41,433 nt of DNA from Candidatus Nezhaarchaeota archaeon WYZ-LMO8 (GCA_004347965.1 QNVF01000004.1:1-41433); one strand, 5' to 3'. Positions 28,822 through 38,042 are shown, counted from the first letter of the stretch. Notes: a model not told the origin generated them from the sequence alone. Translations and numbers: made by a program.

Positions 28822-29367
28822 ATGGCTATTTCGCATAAAATCGAAGAGTTTAGAAAAGCTCTCTTAGAGTTTGCTAAGAGGGGTACCATAACATCTAAGG
28901 TAGTTATAGAAGTACCTGAGCTACTATACGGCTTTGGCAAGCCCATTTACGACTCGGAGAAGTGCTATGGGTGTGCAGCTTGTACGATTCAATGTCTAGG
29001 TGGGGCTTTGAGACTTATTGAAACTCAGGATAGAAGGAGGATATACATGGATTACTGGAGGTGTATAGCTTGCGAGGAGTGCGCCATCAAGTGTCCCAAG
29101 GAAGCTATAAAAGTTGAGAGAGTTTTCGATTTATCGAGTTTTTTAAGTGATGAACCTCTCCTCTTAATTGATGTTGAGCTCAAGAGGTGCATGATGTGTG
29201 GAAGATCTATTTCCTCAATTAAGCAAATAGATGAGGTGCATGGTTTGATTAAGCACTTACCCTTACCTAAGACCCACATCGACAGGATTGGTCTTCTTTG
29301 TGAAGACTGTAGAAAGGTTGTTGCAGCTAAATCATTACTGAGAAGTAGGGGGGCTAAGGTTGGATAG
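28822..29367 (+). CDS. HycF/NuoI-like 2x[4Fe-4S] subunit with C-terminal four-Cys site
   Basis: GKPIYDSEKCYGCAACTIQC, CIACEECAIKCP, RCMMCG...LCEDCRK. Confidence 0.8.
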   Translation: MAISHKIEEFRKALLEFAKRGTITSKVVIEVPELLYGFGKPIYDSEKCYGCAACTIQCLGGALRLIETQDRRRIYMDYWRCIACEECAIKCPKEAIKVERVFDLSSFLSDEPLLLIDVELKRCMMCGRSISSIKQIDEVHGLIKHLPLPKTHIDRIGLLCEDCRKVVAAKSLLRSRGAKVG

Positions 29368-31270
29368 TGTGAGGTCCATCTGCCCATTTTGTTGTCTTGG
29401 ATGCAACTTGCAGCTAATAGTAGATAAAGGAGCGATAGTAGGTATAGAGTACTTGAGCGAGGGGCCAAATGAGGGAGCTCTTTGTACGAGAGGAAACACC
29501 AGTTACGAAATTGCTCAACATCCTGATAGGCTTGCAACCCCACTCATTAGGAGCGATGGTGGATTTAAGGAAGTCTCTTGGAGTGATGCCTTGAAGTTCC
29601 TATCAGAAAAGCTGTTAAAAATAAAGTCAGAACATGGTCCAAGATCCATCGGCGTCATAGCTTCGGCGAGAACGTCAAATGAAGATTGCTATGTAACGCA
29701 GAAGTTTGCTAGAACAGTTTTAGAGACTCCAAACATAGACAACCCAGCTAGACTTACGCATGCAGCTACATTGAGCTCCTTAGCCAAGAACCTTAAGTAT
29801 CCATGGGCGACGTGCACGTTAGATTTGATTGAGGAAACAGACTTCATTCTAATAGCTGGTGCTAATCCCTTCGAGGTAAACCCTGTTTTAACGAGAAGGA
29901 TTCTGAGAGCTAGGGATGGCGGGGCCATAATTGTGGTCGTGGATCCAAGGCGTACCAAGACGACGTGGAAGTCAGACCTACATCTCCAAGTTAAGCCGGA
30001 AAGCGATCCTGAGTTATTCCTGTCGATGCTTAACGTTATAAGTTCATCAAAGCTAATTAAGGACGAAGCCTGGAAAGTTGAAGGCTTCCAGGAAACAGTT
30101 AAACTGGCAGAGGAGTACATCCCTGAGAACGTAGAAGCGAAGGTGGGTATTAGTTCGAAGCTTATAAGGGAGACTGCTCTTAGGCTCGCACTTTCTAAGA
30201 GGCCAATAATAATATTTTCTCATGGACTGACTCAGCAGAGGAGAGCTTTAGCTGCCCTCAGGGCTCTTGTGGTACTCAGTAGGGCTGTAGGGGTCTTCTC
30301 TAATGGTGGTCTAATACCATTAACCGATCAAAACAATATGCAAGGATCATGCGACATGGGTTGTTTAGCTGAGTACGGTCCAGGCTATACGTTAGTCGAG
30401 AAAGGTCTCACTATAACTGAGATGATTGAGACCGCAGCTAAAGGAGACTTAAAGGCCCTCATAGTCATAGGCTTCAACTTAGTTGCGTCATTACCTGACC
30501 GAAGGTTCATTGAAGATGCTCTAAGAAGACTTGACTTACTCGTGGTGATGGACCTCTTCCCTACAGATACTACAAAGCTTGCTCACGTGGTATTACCGAT
30601 ATGTTCATGGGCTGAGTACGACGGAACCTATACGAACATTGAGGGAAGAGTTCAAAGAAGCTTTAAGGCTATCGAACCATTAAATGAAGCCAAACCTTTA
30701 TGGTTAATTCTATCAGAGCTTGCGAGGATCATGGGTGCGAAGGGCTTCAATTACTCTAGCTGGATTGATGTTTTTAAAGAGATAACGCTCACCGTAGACC
30801 AATATTCAAAGTTAACCATAGAAGGAGTATCAGTGATTGGCGGTCAGCTAGTCAAGAAGGAGATCAAAGGGATTACCAGCTTGAAGGAATTAAAGTCTGA
30901 GCCTGAATCACCTGAAGAAGCTTCAAATAAGTTTGTCCTCATAGCCGGGAGGGGGATACACCACCTAGATACCGGTGACTTAACTCGAAGGTTGAGCTTC
31001 GCTTCAAAGGAAGTACCTGAACCATACCTTGAAATCTCTCAAGAAGATGCGCTTGAACTTAACTTAAAGGATGGAGATGTCGTTGAAGTCAAGGGGCCAA
31101 AGGGAAGCTTAAGGGTTAAGGTTAAGGTGGCGCCTAAGGGCCTGAGAGGCGTAGTGTTCATGCCGATACACTTCCCAAGCTGTAGCCCATTATCGATAGC
31201 GAACTTTAAAGTACATGAAGAAACAAAGGCCCCATTAATTAAGCACTTCATGGTGGAGATAACTAGGTGA
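29360..31270 (+). CDS. FdhF/FdhA-like molybdopterin oxidoreductase with substituted active site
   Basis: CPFCCLGC...ALCTRG Fe-S domain, RLATPLIR, SARTSNE, QKFAR, NIDNPARLTH, VDPRRT, QNNMQGSCDMG, GTYTNIEGRVQR, C-terminal cap domain VFMPIHF. Confidence 0.85.
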   Translation: MDSVRSICPFCCLGCNLQLIVDKGAIVGIEYLSEGPNEGALCTRGNTSYEIAQHPDRLATPLIRSDGGFKEVSWSDALKFLSEKLLKIKSEHGPRSIGVIASARTSNEDCYVTQKFARTVLETPNIDNPARLTHAATLSSLAKNLKYPWATCTLDLIEETDFILIAGANPFEVNPVLTRRILRARDGGAIIVVVDPRRTKTTWKSDLHLQVKPESDPELFLSMLNVISSSKLIKDEAWKVEGFQETVKLAEEYIPENVEAKVGISSKLIRETALRLALSKRPIIIFSHGLTQQRRALAALRALVVLSRAVGVFSNGGLIPLTDQNNMQGSCDMGCLAEYGPGYTLVEKGLTITEMIETAAKGDLKALIVIGFNLVASLPDRRFIEDALRRLDLLVVMDLFPTDTTKLAHVVLPICSWAEYDGTYTNIEGRVQRSFKAIEPLNEAKPLWLILSELARIMGAKGFNYSSWIDVFKEITLTVDQYSKLTIEGVSVIGGQLVKKEIKGITSLKELKSEPESPEEASNKFVLIAGRGIHHLDTGDLTRRLSFASKEVPEPYLEISQEDALELNLKDGDVVEVKGPKGSLRVKVKVAPKGLRGVVFMPIHFPSCSPLSIANFKVHEETKAPLIKHFMVEITR

Positions 31271-31277
31271 GGGTTCG

Positions 31278-34200
31278 ATGTCTAAGAACGTAAGAATCGG
31301 AGTATTTATATGTCATTGCGGTAAGAACATAGCTGGGACCGTCAACGTCGAAGATGTTAGAAAGTACGCTGAAAAGTTACCGAACGTCATAGTGGCTAGG
31401 GATTACATGTTCATGTGCTCTGAAGCAGGTCAGCAATTGATTAAAGACGCCATAAAGGAATTTAATCTAAATAGGATCGTTGTTGCTGCTTGCTCTCCTA
31501 AGCTTCACGAAATCACCTTCCGTCGATGCTTAGAGGAAGCAGGTCTGAATAAGTTCTTCTTAGAAATGGCGAATATAAGGGAGCAATGCTCATGGGTTCA
31601 CATCAATGAACCTCATAAGGCAACAGAGAAAGCCAAGGCTCTCATAAGGGCTGCAGTTATGAGAATACATGAACACGAAGAAATTGGAACTATTAGAGAG
31701 GATGTAGTAAGGAAGGTGTTAGTCATAGGTGGAGGAATAGCAGGAATACAAGCATCACTAAATCTTGCGAGGCCCCGCAAAGGTAGGTTAAGGTCAGTCC
31801 TAGTCATAGGTGGAGGAATAGCAGGAATACAAGCATCATTGGACTTAGCTGACATGGGGTACAAGGTTTACCTTGTTGAGAGGAGATCAGTTATAGGAGG
31901 TAACATGGCAAAGACCTACAAGACATTCCCAACAGATGATTGCGCAATGTGCATACTTTCACCAAAGATGAATGACGTCGCCGCTCACAAAAATATAGAA
32001 CTCATAACTAACGCGGAAGTAGTATCGATTGATGGGGAAGCAGGTCACTTTAAGGTCAAGATAAGGAAACATCCAAAGTACGTAAACCCAGCAAAATGCA
32101 CTGCATGTGGGACTTGTGCTGAAAAGTGCCCCGGCAGAGCTCCTGACGACTGGAACTTATTCGGTACGCGAAAAGCCATATACTTACCGTATCCACAAGG
32201 AGTTCCTAGGAAGTACGTCATAGACCCAAAAGCCTGCTTGTATCTAACTAAGGGGATATGCAGAGTATGTGAGAAGATATGTCCAGCTGGAGCGATAAAC
32301 TTCGAAGATAAAGGCGAAGAAGTGGAAGTAGAGGTTGGAGCAATAATAGTTGCAACTGGGTGGGAAGAGTTCAATCCAGAGCCCTTAACTCAATATGGTT
32401 ATGGCAAGTACAAGAACGTGATCACGTTAATTCAATTCACAAGGATGTTTGACGTCGCGGGTCCAACTGGAGGTAAGGTCGTAAGGTTGAGTGACGGTAA
32501 GCCAGCCAACAGGATCCTGATAGTTAATTGTGTTGGTTCTAGAGATGACAGGTACATACCTTATTGCTCAACAGTCTGCTGCATGGCAGCCATTAGAAAT
32601 GCTAGGCTCGTTAAGTTTGAACAGAATCCTAACGCTGAGGTCTACATATGCTACATAGACATAAGGGCTTCTGGGAAAGGGTATGAAGAGTACTATAAGA
32701 GCTCACAAGGCATGGGTATTAACTTCATTAGAGGTAGGGTAGCAGAGGTATACGAAGATGAGAAGACGGGTGATGTGATAGCTAGGGTCGAGGACACTAC
32801 AACTAGGACTATACTGGAGCTACGAGTTGACCTCTTAGTACTAGCATGCCCGATGGTTCCATCTAAGGGTACTAGAGAGATTGCAGATCTACTAAAGCTT
32901 GAGACAGACGAATTCGGCTTCATAAAACCAAGACACCACAAACTTGCTCCAGTAGACACCTCGAGACCTGGGATCTTTGCTTGCGGATGTGCCACAGGTC
33001 CAAGAGACATCCCAGATACGGTAGCGTCTGCAAGTGCCGCAGCTTTGAGGGCCGCTATGTTTCTGGAAGGCGAGCCATTTGAGGTTTACCTCGTCGAGAA
33101 AAGCCCATACCTCGGTGGGGTGACGTTTAAGCTTGCAAGAACATTCTTCACCGATGAGCCTCTACCGGATATCCTCACCCCACTATTTAAGGAGCTTTCT
33201 GGAAGCACAAACATTCACTTGCTATTAAACTCTGAGGTCAAAGAGGTGAAGGGGCACATAGGAAACTTCACTGTCAAGATATTGCAAAGGCCTCGATACG
33301 TTGACGTAACAAAGTGTAATGGTTGTGGTTTATGCAAGGACGTCTGTCCAGTTAAGGTGGATGATGAGTGGAATCTTGGGTTGACTAAGAGGTCAGCGAT
33401 ATTCAAACCTCATCCAGATGCCTACCCAATAGCGTACGCTATAGACCCTCATAACTGTAAGTTTGCTTCGTGTGCCAAATGCGTTGAGGTGTGTCCAACT
33501 AAGGCCATAGTGCTTAGCGAAGAACCAAGAGAGATAGAGCTGAAAGTGGGAGCAATAATCGTCGCTACGGGTCTAGACGAGTTTAAGCCCTTAGAGATTA
33601 AGCAGTATGGATACGGAGTTTACAAGGACGTCATCACTCAGCTTCAATTAGCAAGAATGTTAGATCCTAAAGGCCCTACGGGAGGTAAGTTGGTTAGACC
33701 GTCGACAGGCGAAGTGCCAAGAAGTGTTGTCATGATTCAATGTGCTGGCTCTAGGGATGAGAAGACGAATCCTTATTGTTCAAGAATATGTTGTGCAGTT
33801 GCCTTAAAGGCCACCAAGATGATCAAGGAGCAGATACCAGGCTGCGACATTTACATATGCTATGTAGATATGAGCGCATTCGGTTTCTTAGAGCTTTACT
33901 ATAAGAACGTACAATCCATGGGTGTGAACTTCATAAGAGGTAAAGTCGCTGAGGTGTTGAGTGAAGGAGACAGGTTAAAGGTTAGGGTTGAGGATACATT
34001 ACTTGGAGAACTTATTGATGTACCAGCTGACTTGGTTGTCTTGTCCTCTGCCCTCATTCCAGCTGAGGGTACATCAGATTTCGCTAAGGTGCTTGGTATA
34101 GATGTTGGTCCTGATGGCTTCTTAAAAGAGCTGCATCTTAAGCTAAGGCCTGTGGACTCCAAGGTAGCTGGTATATTTATTGCTGGCGGATCGCAGGGAC

Positions 34201-34535
34201 CTAAGGACATAGCCGATACAGTGGCTCAAGCATTAGCAGCTTCATCTAAAGCTACCATTCCCATAGCTCGCGGATTCATAGAGGTCGAATTAGTTAAAGC
34301 ACAGGTTGACGAAGACCTTTGCGTTGGCTGCGGACATTGCGAGAAAGTATGTCCGTACAAGGCCATAGAGATAGTTAACATATCACGTGGCCGGAAGATT
34401 GCTAAGGTTCATGAAATAGAGTGTGAAGGATGTGGTGCCTGCGCTGCTACTTGTAGGCTAGGGGCCATTCAACTGAGGGGCTTTAAAGACAATCAAATAT
34501 CGGCTCAACTAGTTGGCTTGCTAGGTGGTGGTTAA
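31278..34535 (+). CDS. hdrA: Heterodisulfide reductase subunit A, 1085 aa, containing two FAD/Fe-S cores (nested)
   Basis: IGVFICHCG, FMCS, AACSP, NIREQCSWVH; two GGGIAG motifs; two ferredoxin inserts; two C.GSRD...YCS..CC motifs; two GP.DI.D motifs; one C-terminal ferredoxin. Confidence 0.93.
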   Translation: MSKNVRIGVFICHCGKNIAGTVNVEDVRKYAEKLPNVIVARDYMFMCSEAGQQLIKDAIKEFNLNRIVVAACSPKLHEITFRRCLEEAGLNKFFLEMANIREQCSWVHINEPHKATEKAKALIRAAVMRIHEHEEIGTIREDVVRKVLVIGGGIAGIQASLNLARPRKGRLRSVLVIGGGIAGIQASLDLADMGYKVYLVERRSVIGGNMAKTYKTFPTDDCAMCILSPKMNDVAAHKNIELITNAEVVSIDGEAGHFKVKIRKHPKYVNPAKCTACGTCAEKCPGRAPDDWNLFGTRKAIYLPYPQGVPRKYVIDPKACLYLTKGICRVCEKICPAGAINFEDKGEEVEVEVGAIIVATGWEEFNPEPLTQYGYGKYKNVITLIQFTRMFDVAGPTGGKVVRLSDGKPANRILIVNCVGSRDDRYIPYCSTVCCMAAIRNARLVKFEQNPNAEVYICYIDIRASGKGYEEYYKSSQGMGINFIRGRVAEVYEDEKTGDVIARVEDTTTRTILELRVDLLVLACPMVPSKGTREIADLLKLETDEFGFIKPRHHKLAPVDTSRPGIFACGCATGPRDIPDTVASASAAALRAAMFLEGEPFEVYLVEKSPYLGGVTFKLARTFFTDEPLPDILTPLFKELSGSTNIHLLLNSEVKEVKGHIGNFTVKILQRPRYVDVTKCNGCGLCKDVCPVKVDDEWNLGLTKRSAIFKPHPDAYPIAYAIDPHNCKFASCAKCVEVCPTKAIVLSEEPREIELKVGAIIVATGLDEFKPLEIKQYGYGVYKDVITQLQLARMLDPKGPTGGKLVRPSTGEVPRSVVMIQCAGSRDEKTNPYCSRICCAVALKATKMIKEQIPGCDIYICYVDMSAFGFLELYYKNVQSMGVNFIRGKVAEVLSEGDRLKVRVEDTLLGELIDVPADLVVLSSALIPAEGTSDFAKVLGIDVGPDGFLKELHLKLRPVDSKVAGIFIAGGSQGPKDIADTVAQALAASSKATIPIARGFIEVELVKAQVDEDLCVGCGHCEKVCPYKAIEIVNISRGRKIAKVHEIECEGCGACAATCRLGAIQLRGFKDNQISAQLVGLLGGG
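31720..31838 (+). repeat. Exact 38-bp direct repeat (81-bp period) inside hdrA
   Basis: TAGTCATAGGTGGAGGAATAGCAGGAATACAAGCATCA at 31720-31757 and 31801-31838. Confidence 0.95.
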
Positions 34536-34537
34536 GT

Positions 34538-34978
34538 ATCGAGAAAGCCAGCGAATTCGATCCGGTGATAGTAGCATTTTGCTGTGAGCATTGTGCTTAC
34601 GCTGCTGCCGATCTTGCAGGAACATCAAGGATGCAGTACCCACCTAACGTCAGGATAGTGAGGGTGCCATGCACCGGTAAGGTTGACATGCTCTACATAC
34701 TAAGGGCGTTTATGCTTGGAGCTGACGGAGTCTTCGTCGCTGGCTGTCTTAAGGGTGGCTGCCACTTCGTGGACGGTAACTTAAAGGCTAACGCAAGAGT
34801 TCAATTCTTGAAAAAGATACTTGAGTTATTAGGCTTTGGTGGAGATAGGCTTGATATGTTCTTTATGTCCTCAGCCATGACGTGGGAGTTTGTGAGAATA
34901 GCAAGAGAGTTTACGGAGAGAATCAAGAAGCTAGGACCTAACCCATTCTTTAAGAGAAACGGGGTTGATGGTAAATGA
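34538..34978 (+). CDS. mvhD: [2Fe-2S] MvhD/FlpD subunit
   Basis: (EFDP)VIVAFCCEHCAYAAADLAG..RMQYPPNVRIVRVPCTGKV, GADGVFVAGC..GGCHF, LGPNP; start is GTG 34565 or non-canonical ATC 34538. Confidence 0.92.
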   Translation: MEKASEFDPVIVAFCCEHCAYAAADLAGTSRMQYPPNVRIVRVPCTGKVDMLYILRAFMLGADGVFVAGCLKGGCHFVDGNLKANARVQFLKKILELLGFGGDRLDMFFMSSAMTWEFVRIAREFTERIKKLGPNPFFKRNGVDGK

Positions 34979-35430
34979 GCTTTAAGGTTCCTTCAAATTT
35001 CAATGAGCTCTTGAAGCTTATTGAGGGCGAGCTAAGCCCCATTAGTGTTGATGTTAGGAGTAGTAAGAGGATTTATGTAGATATAAAGAAAGAGGATATT
35101 AGGAGGGCGGCTAAGCTCTTCCTAGATCTCTTTGAGCCTCTTAGGGGTAGGTTCTCAACCGCTACCGCCATGGATTGCAGAGATCATTTTGAAATCCTAT
35201 ACCACTTCTCATTTAGTGAGCTTGGACTTGTACTAACCGTGAGATGCAAGGTGCCTAGATACAAGCCAGAGATAGACTCGATAGCCGACTTGATATATGG
35301 AGCAAGCTTCATCGAAAGGGAGATCCACGACCTCATGGGCATAAAGTTCATGGGTCACCCGAATCTAAGAAGGTTAGTATTACCCGATGATTGGCCAGAA
35401 GGTGTATACCCACTTAGGAGGTATGGATGA
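34975..35430 (+). CDS. Group 4 hydrogenase NuoC/EchD/MbhK-like subunit
   Basis: FEILYHFS, IDSIADLIYGASFIEREIHDLMGIKFMGHPNLRRLVLPDDWPEGVYPLR. Confidence 0.9.
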   Translation: MSFKVPSNFNELLKLIEGELSPISVDVRSSKRIYVDIKKEDIRRAAKLFLDLFEPLRGRFSTATAMDCRDHFEILYHFSFSELGLVLTVRCKVPRYKPEIDSIADLIYGASFIEREIHDLMGIKFMGHPNLRRLVLPDDWPEGVYPLRRYG

Positions 35431-36617
35431 TGTCGGGAGGAGAGCTCGTAATACCGTTAGGACCCTATCACCCAGCATTTAAAGAGCCTGAACTCTTCAA
35501 GCTCTACGTTGATGGAGAATCCATAGTGAATATAGACATTAGGCTCGGATTTCAACATAGAGGTATCGAGTACCTGGCTCAGAAGTTGACGGTCCAACAA
35601 GTAGTTTTCTTGGTGGAGAGAATATGTGGGATATGCTCTACCTCACATCCAACATGTTTTTGTCAAGCTGTAGAAGAGGCAATGGGGCTTGAGGTCCCGG
35701 ATAGAGCTAGGTACATCAGGACTCTGATAGCAGAACTTGAAAGAATTCATAGCCACTTGCTCTGGGCTGGGGTAGCGCTACACCTCATAGGCTACGATAC
35801 GTTATTCATGTACTTCTGGAGATATCGAGAGCCAGTATGTGAGCTCTTTGAGGAGCTGACAGGTAATAGACAACATTACGCTATGCTATGTCCTGGTGGA
35901 GTGAGAAGAGACATAGACTTGAAGAAAATGAGGCCTAAGATCCTTAAAGTGATGAAAGAGATAAAGGAAGCAATTACCAAGTTAGCTGATGCTGTAGCCC
36001 GCGATAGACTCGTGAGGGCAAGAATGGAGGGAATAGGTGTTCTAACAAAGCAAGATGCCATTAGGTACTGTGTGGTTGGTCCAACAGCTCGAGGATCAGG
36101 GCTTAAGATTGATGTGAGGGCTGATGAGCCCTATGCAGCCTACAAGGAGTTGGGAGTCGACGTCAAGGTTATGACTGAAGGCGATGTACTGGCTAGGACT
36201 CTCGTCAGAGTCTTAGAGACATTGGAATCCGTAGAGATAATAGAGAGGTGCATCGACTCCATGCCCAATGGCCCCATAACAGCGGAGTTTAATGAGTACC
36301 CCGTAGCTGACGGTATAGGAAAGCACGAGGCTCCTAGAGGCGAGGACATACACTACGTCAAGCTCAATGGTACACCAGTACCTGAGAGAGTCAAAATTAG
36401 AGCTCCTACTTACGCTAACCTTCCATCACTGGTCCCCCAGCTTATAGGGTACTCAATAGCCGACGCCCCGATAATATTGGGCTCAATAGACCCTTGCTTT
36501 AGCTGCACAGAGAGGGTCTCGATAGTCGATGTTAGAAATGGGAGGACCATAACCCTATCGATGGACGAGTTCAACGAGTTTTGTCGTAAGAGGAAGAATC
36601 CGTTAAAGGTGAGGTGA
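35427..36617 (+). CDS. Group 4 membrane-bound [NiFe]-hydrogenase large subunit
   Basis: GPYHPAFKEP, HRGIE, L1 ERICGICSTSH, ELERIHSHL, EAPRGE, L2 DPCFSCTER followed by a 33-aa C-terminal extension. Confidence 0.93.
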   Translation: MMSGGELVIPLGPYHPAFKEPELFKLYVDGESIVNIDIRLGFQHRGIEYLAQKLTVQQVVFLVERICGICSTSHPTCFCQAVEEAMGLEVPDRARYIRTLIAELERIHSHLLWAGVALHLIGYDTLFMYFWRYREPVCELFEELTGNRQHYAMLCPGGVRRDIDLKKMRPKILKVMKEIKEAITKLADAVARDRLVRARMEGIGVLTKQDAIRYCVVGPTARGSGLKIDVRADEPYAAYKELGVDVKVMTEGDVLARTLVRVLETLESVEIIERCIDSMPNGPITAEFNEYPVADGIGKHEAPRGEDIHYVKLNGTPVPERVKIRAPTYANLPSLVPQLIGYSIADAPIILGSIDPCFSCTERVSIVDVRNGRTITLSMDEFNEFCRKRKNPLKVR

Positions 36618-37589
36618 ATGATTGACCTTTGGGTTGTGGGGCTCTCAATAGCATACATAGTGCTTATAGGGCTACTGATAGCGCCGAACATAGGCCTATT
36701 CTTGACGTGGATTCATAGAAAGCTTGGAGCACGAATGCAGTGGCGTATAGGGCCTCCAATATATCAGCCGTGGGCCGATGTCATCAAGCTACTATCTAAA
36801 GAGCTAATAGTTCCAGAGACAGCGCATAGAGCAACGTTCCTCTTAGCGCCTCTATTAGCCCTCGCAACGGTGATACTAGCGTTCTTAATAATGCCATTTG
36901 TGGGAAGGACGCCCTTAGCCTTTGTAGGCGACGTTATAGTGGTCATTTACTTGATGTCAATGCCAGCCTTAGCAGCAATGATTGGAGGATCGGCCTCGGG
37001 AAACCCTTACGCCGCAGTTGGAGTTCAGAGAGAAATGACACTAATATTCTCTTACGAGCTTCCATTCATCATGGCTGCCTTGGTGCCAATACTTAAGGCT
37101 CGGAGCTTGAAATTCATCGATATAATTAATTATCAATTAGGTAACGGTCCACTCGTCTTCACGATTTCGGGTTTCTTAGCATTTGTTGTCATGGTGATGG
37201 TGATGCAGGCTAAGCTTGCTCTTCCACCATTTGACATACCTGAAGCGAAAACAGAGATAATCGCTGGTCCCTACGTGGAGTACTCCGGACCTCTGCTTGC
37301 ACTATTTAAGCTTGCTCATGCAGTTATGCTGTTGGTAGTAGCTTGCTTCGTATCCAACATGTTGCTCGGTGGCCTAATCGTTAGTGATTGGAGTAGCTAT
37401 GTCGTGATTTTAACGGACTTGCTGCTCATAGCGGTTAAGATACTAGTAGTCATAATAATAGCTGCCTTCATAAGATTCTACAATCCCAGATTAAGACCAG
37501 ACCAAGCTTTTGGCATGTTCTGGAAGACCATAACGTTCATAGCTGCCTTGGCTCTAATCCTAAGTTTCGTTCCCATACCATACTTTTAA
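36618..37589 (+). CDS. NuoH/HycD/EchB-like membrane subunit
   Basis: RKLGARMQWRIGPPIYQPWADVIKLLSKE, SGNPYA, PFDIPEAKTEIIAGPYVEYSG, PRLRPDQ. Confidence 0.92.
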   Translation: MIDLWVVGLSIAYIVLIGLLIAPNIGLFLTWIHRKLGARMQWRIGPPIYQPWADVIKLLSKELIVPETAHRATFLLAPLLALATVILAFLIMPFVGRTPLAFVGDVIVVIYLMSMPALAAMIGGSASGNPYAAVGVQREMTLIFSYELPFIMAALVPILKARSLKFIDIINYQLGNGPLVFTISGFLAFVVMVMVMQAKLALPPFDIPEAKTEIIAGPYVEYSGPLLALFKLAHAVMLLVVACFVSNMLLGGLIVSDWSSYVVILTDLLLIAVKILVVIIIAAFIRFYNPRLRPDQAFGMFWKTITFIAALALILSFVPIPYF

Positions 37590-37601
37590 GTGGTGTTAGG
37601 C

Positions 37602-38042
37602 ATGTCTGGCTTAATCACATGGGCTCGAATAAAGAGTCCTTGGCTATTTCACTTCAACTCTGGATCATGTAATAATTGTGACATAGAGTTATTAGATGCT
37701 TTAACTCCGAGGTTCGATGTCGAAAGGTTTGGGATACTTCTAGAGGGAAGTCCAAGGCACGCCGATGTGCTCGTCGTGACTGGGATCGTTAACAGGCAAA
37801 CTCTACCAAGGCTTAAGAGAATCTACGATCAAATGCCGAACCCGAAGATCGTCGTGGCCCTAGGTACTTGTGCAACATCTGGGGGGATATTCTCTGAGGG
37901 ATACAACATAGCTGGGCCAGTAGACAAAGTCATACCGGTTGACGTCTACATACCCGGCTGTCCTCCCAGACCTCAAGCGATCATAGATGGCATAGTGAAG
38001 GCATTAGCCAAGATTCAAGCTCTTAGAGGTGGTAAGAGGTGA
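37602..38042 (+). CDS. Group 4 hydrogenase small subunit (NuoB/HycG-like)
   Basis: SPWLFHFNSGSCNNCDIE, SPRHADVL, GTCATSGG, PVDVYIPGCPPRP. Confidence 0.93.
   Translation: MSGLITWARIKSPWLFHFNSGSCNNCDIELLDALTPRFDVERFGILLEGSPRHADVLVVTGIVNRQTLPRLKRIYDQMPNPKIVVALGTCATSGGIFSEGYNIAGPVDKVIPVDVYIPGCPPRPQAIIDGIVKALAKIQALRGGKR

Noticed and set aside
29756..29758. Possible selenocysteine at the FdhF-like active site
   Set aside because: The codon is ACG (Thr), not TGA; no in-frame TGA readthrough is needed in hdrA, mvhD or the hydrogenase either
31770..33077. Inner HdrA module as an intron or intein
   Set aside because: No bulge-helix-bulge pairing between the junctions, no intein C/S...HN termini; the insert is itself an in-frame HdrA core
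34481..34540. -1 frameshift fusing HdrA to MvhD
   Set aside because: No in-frame X XXY YYZ slippery site in the short open overlap (stop at 34484 in the mvhD frame); a separate RBS exists
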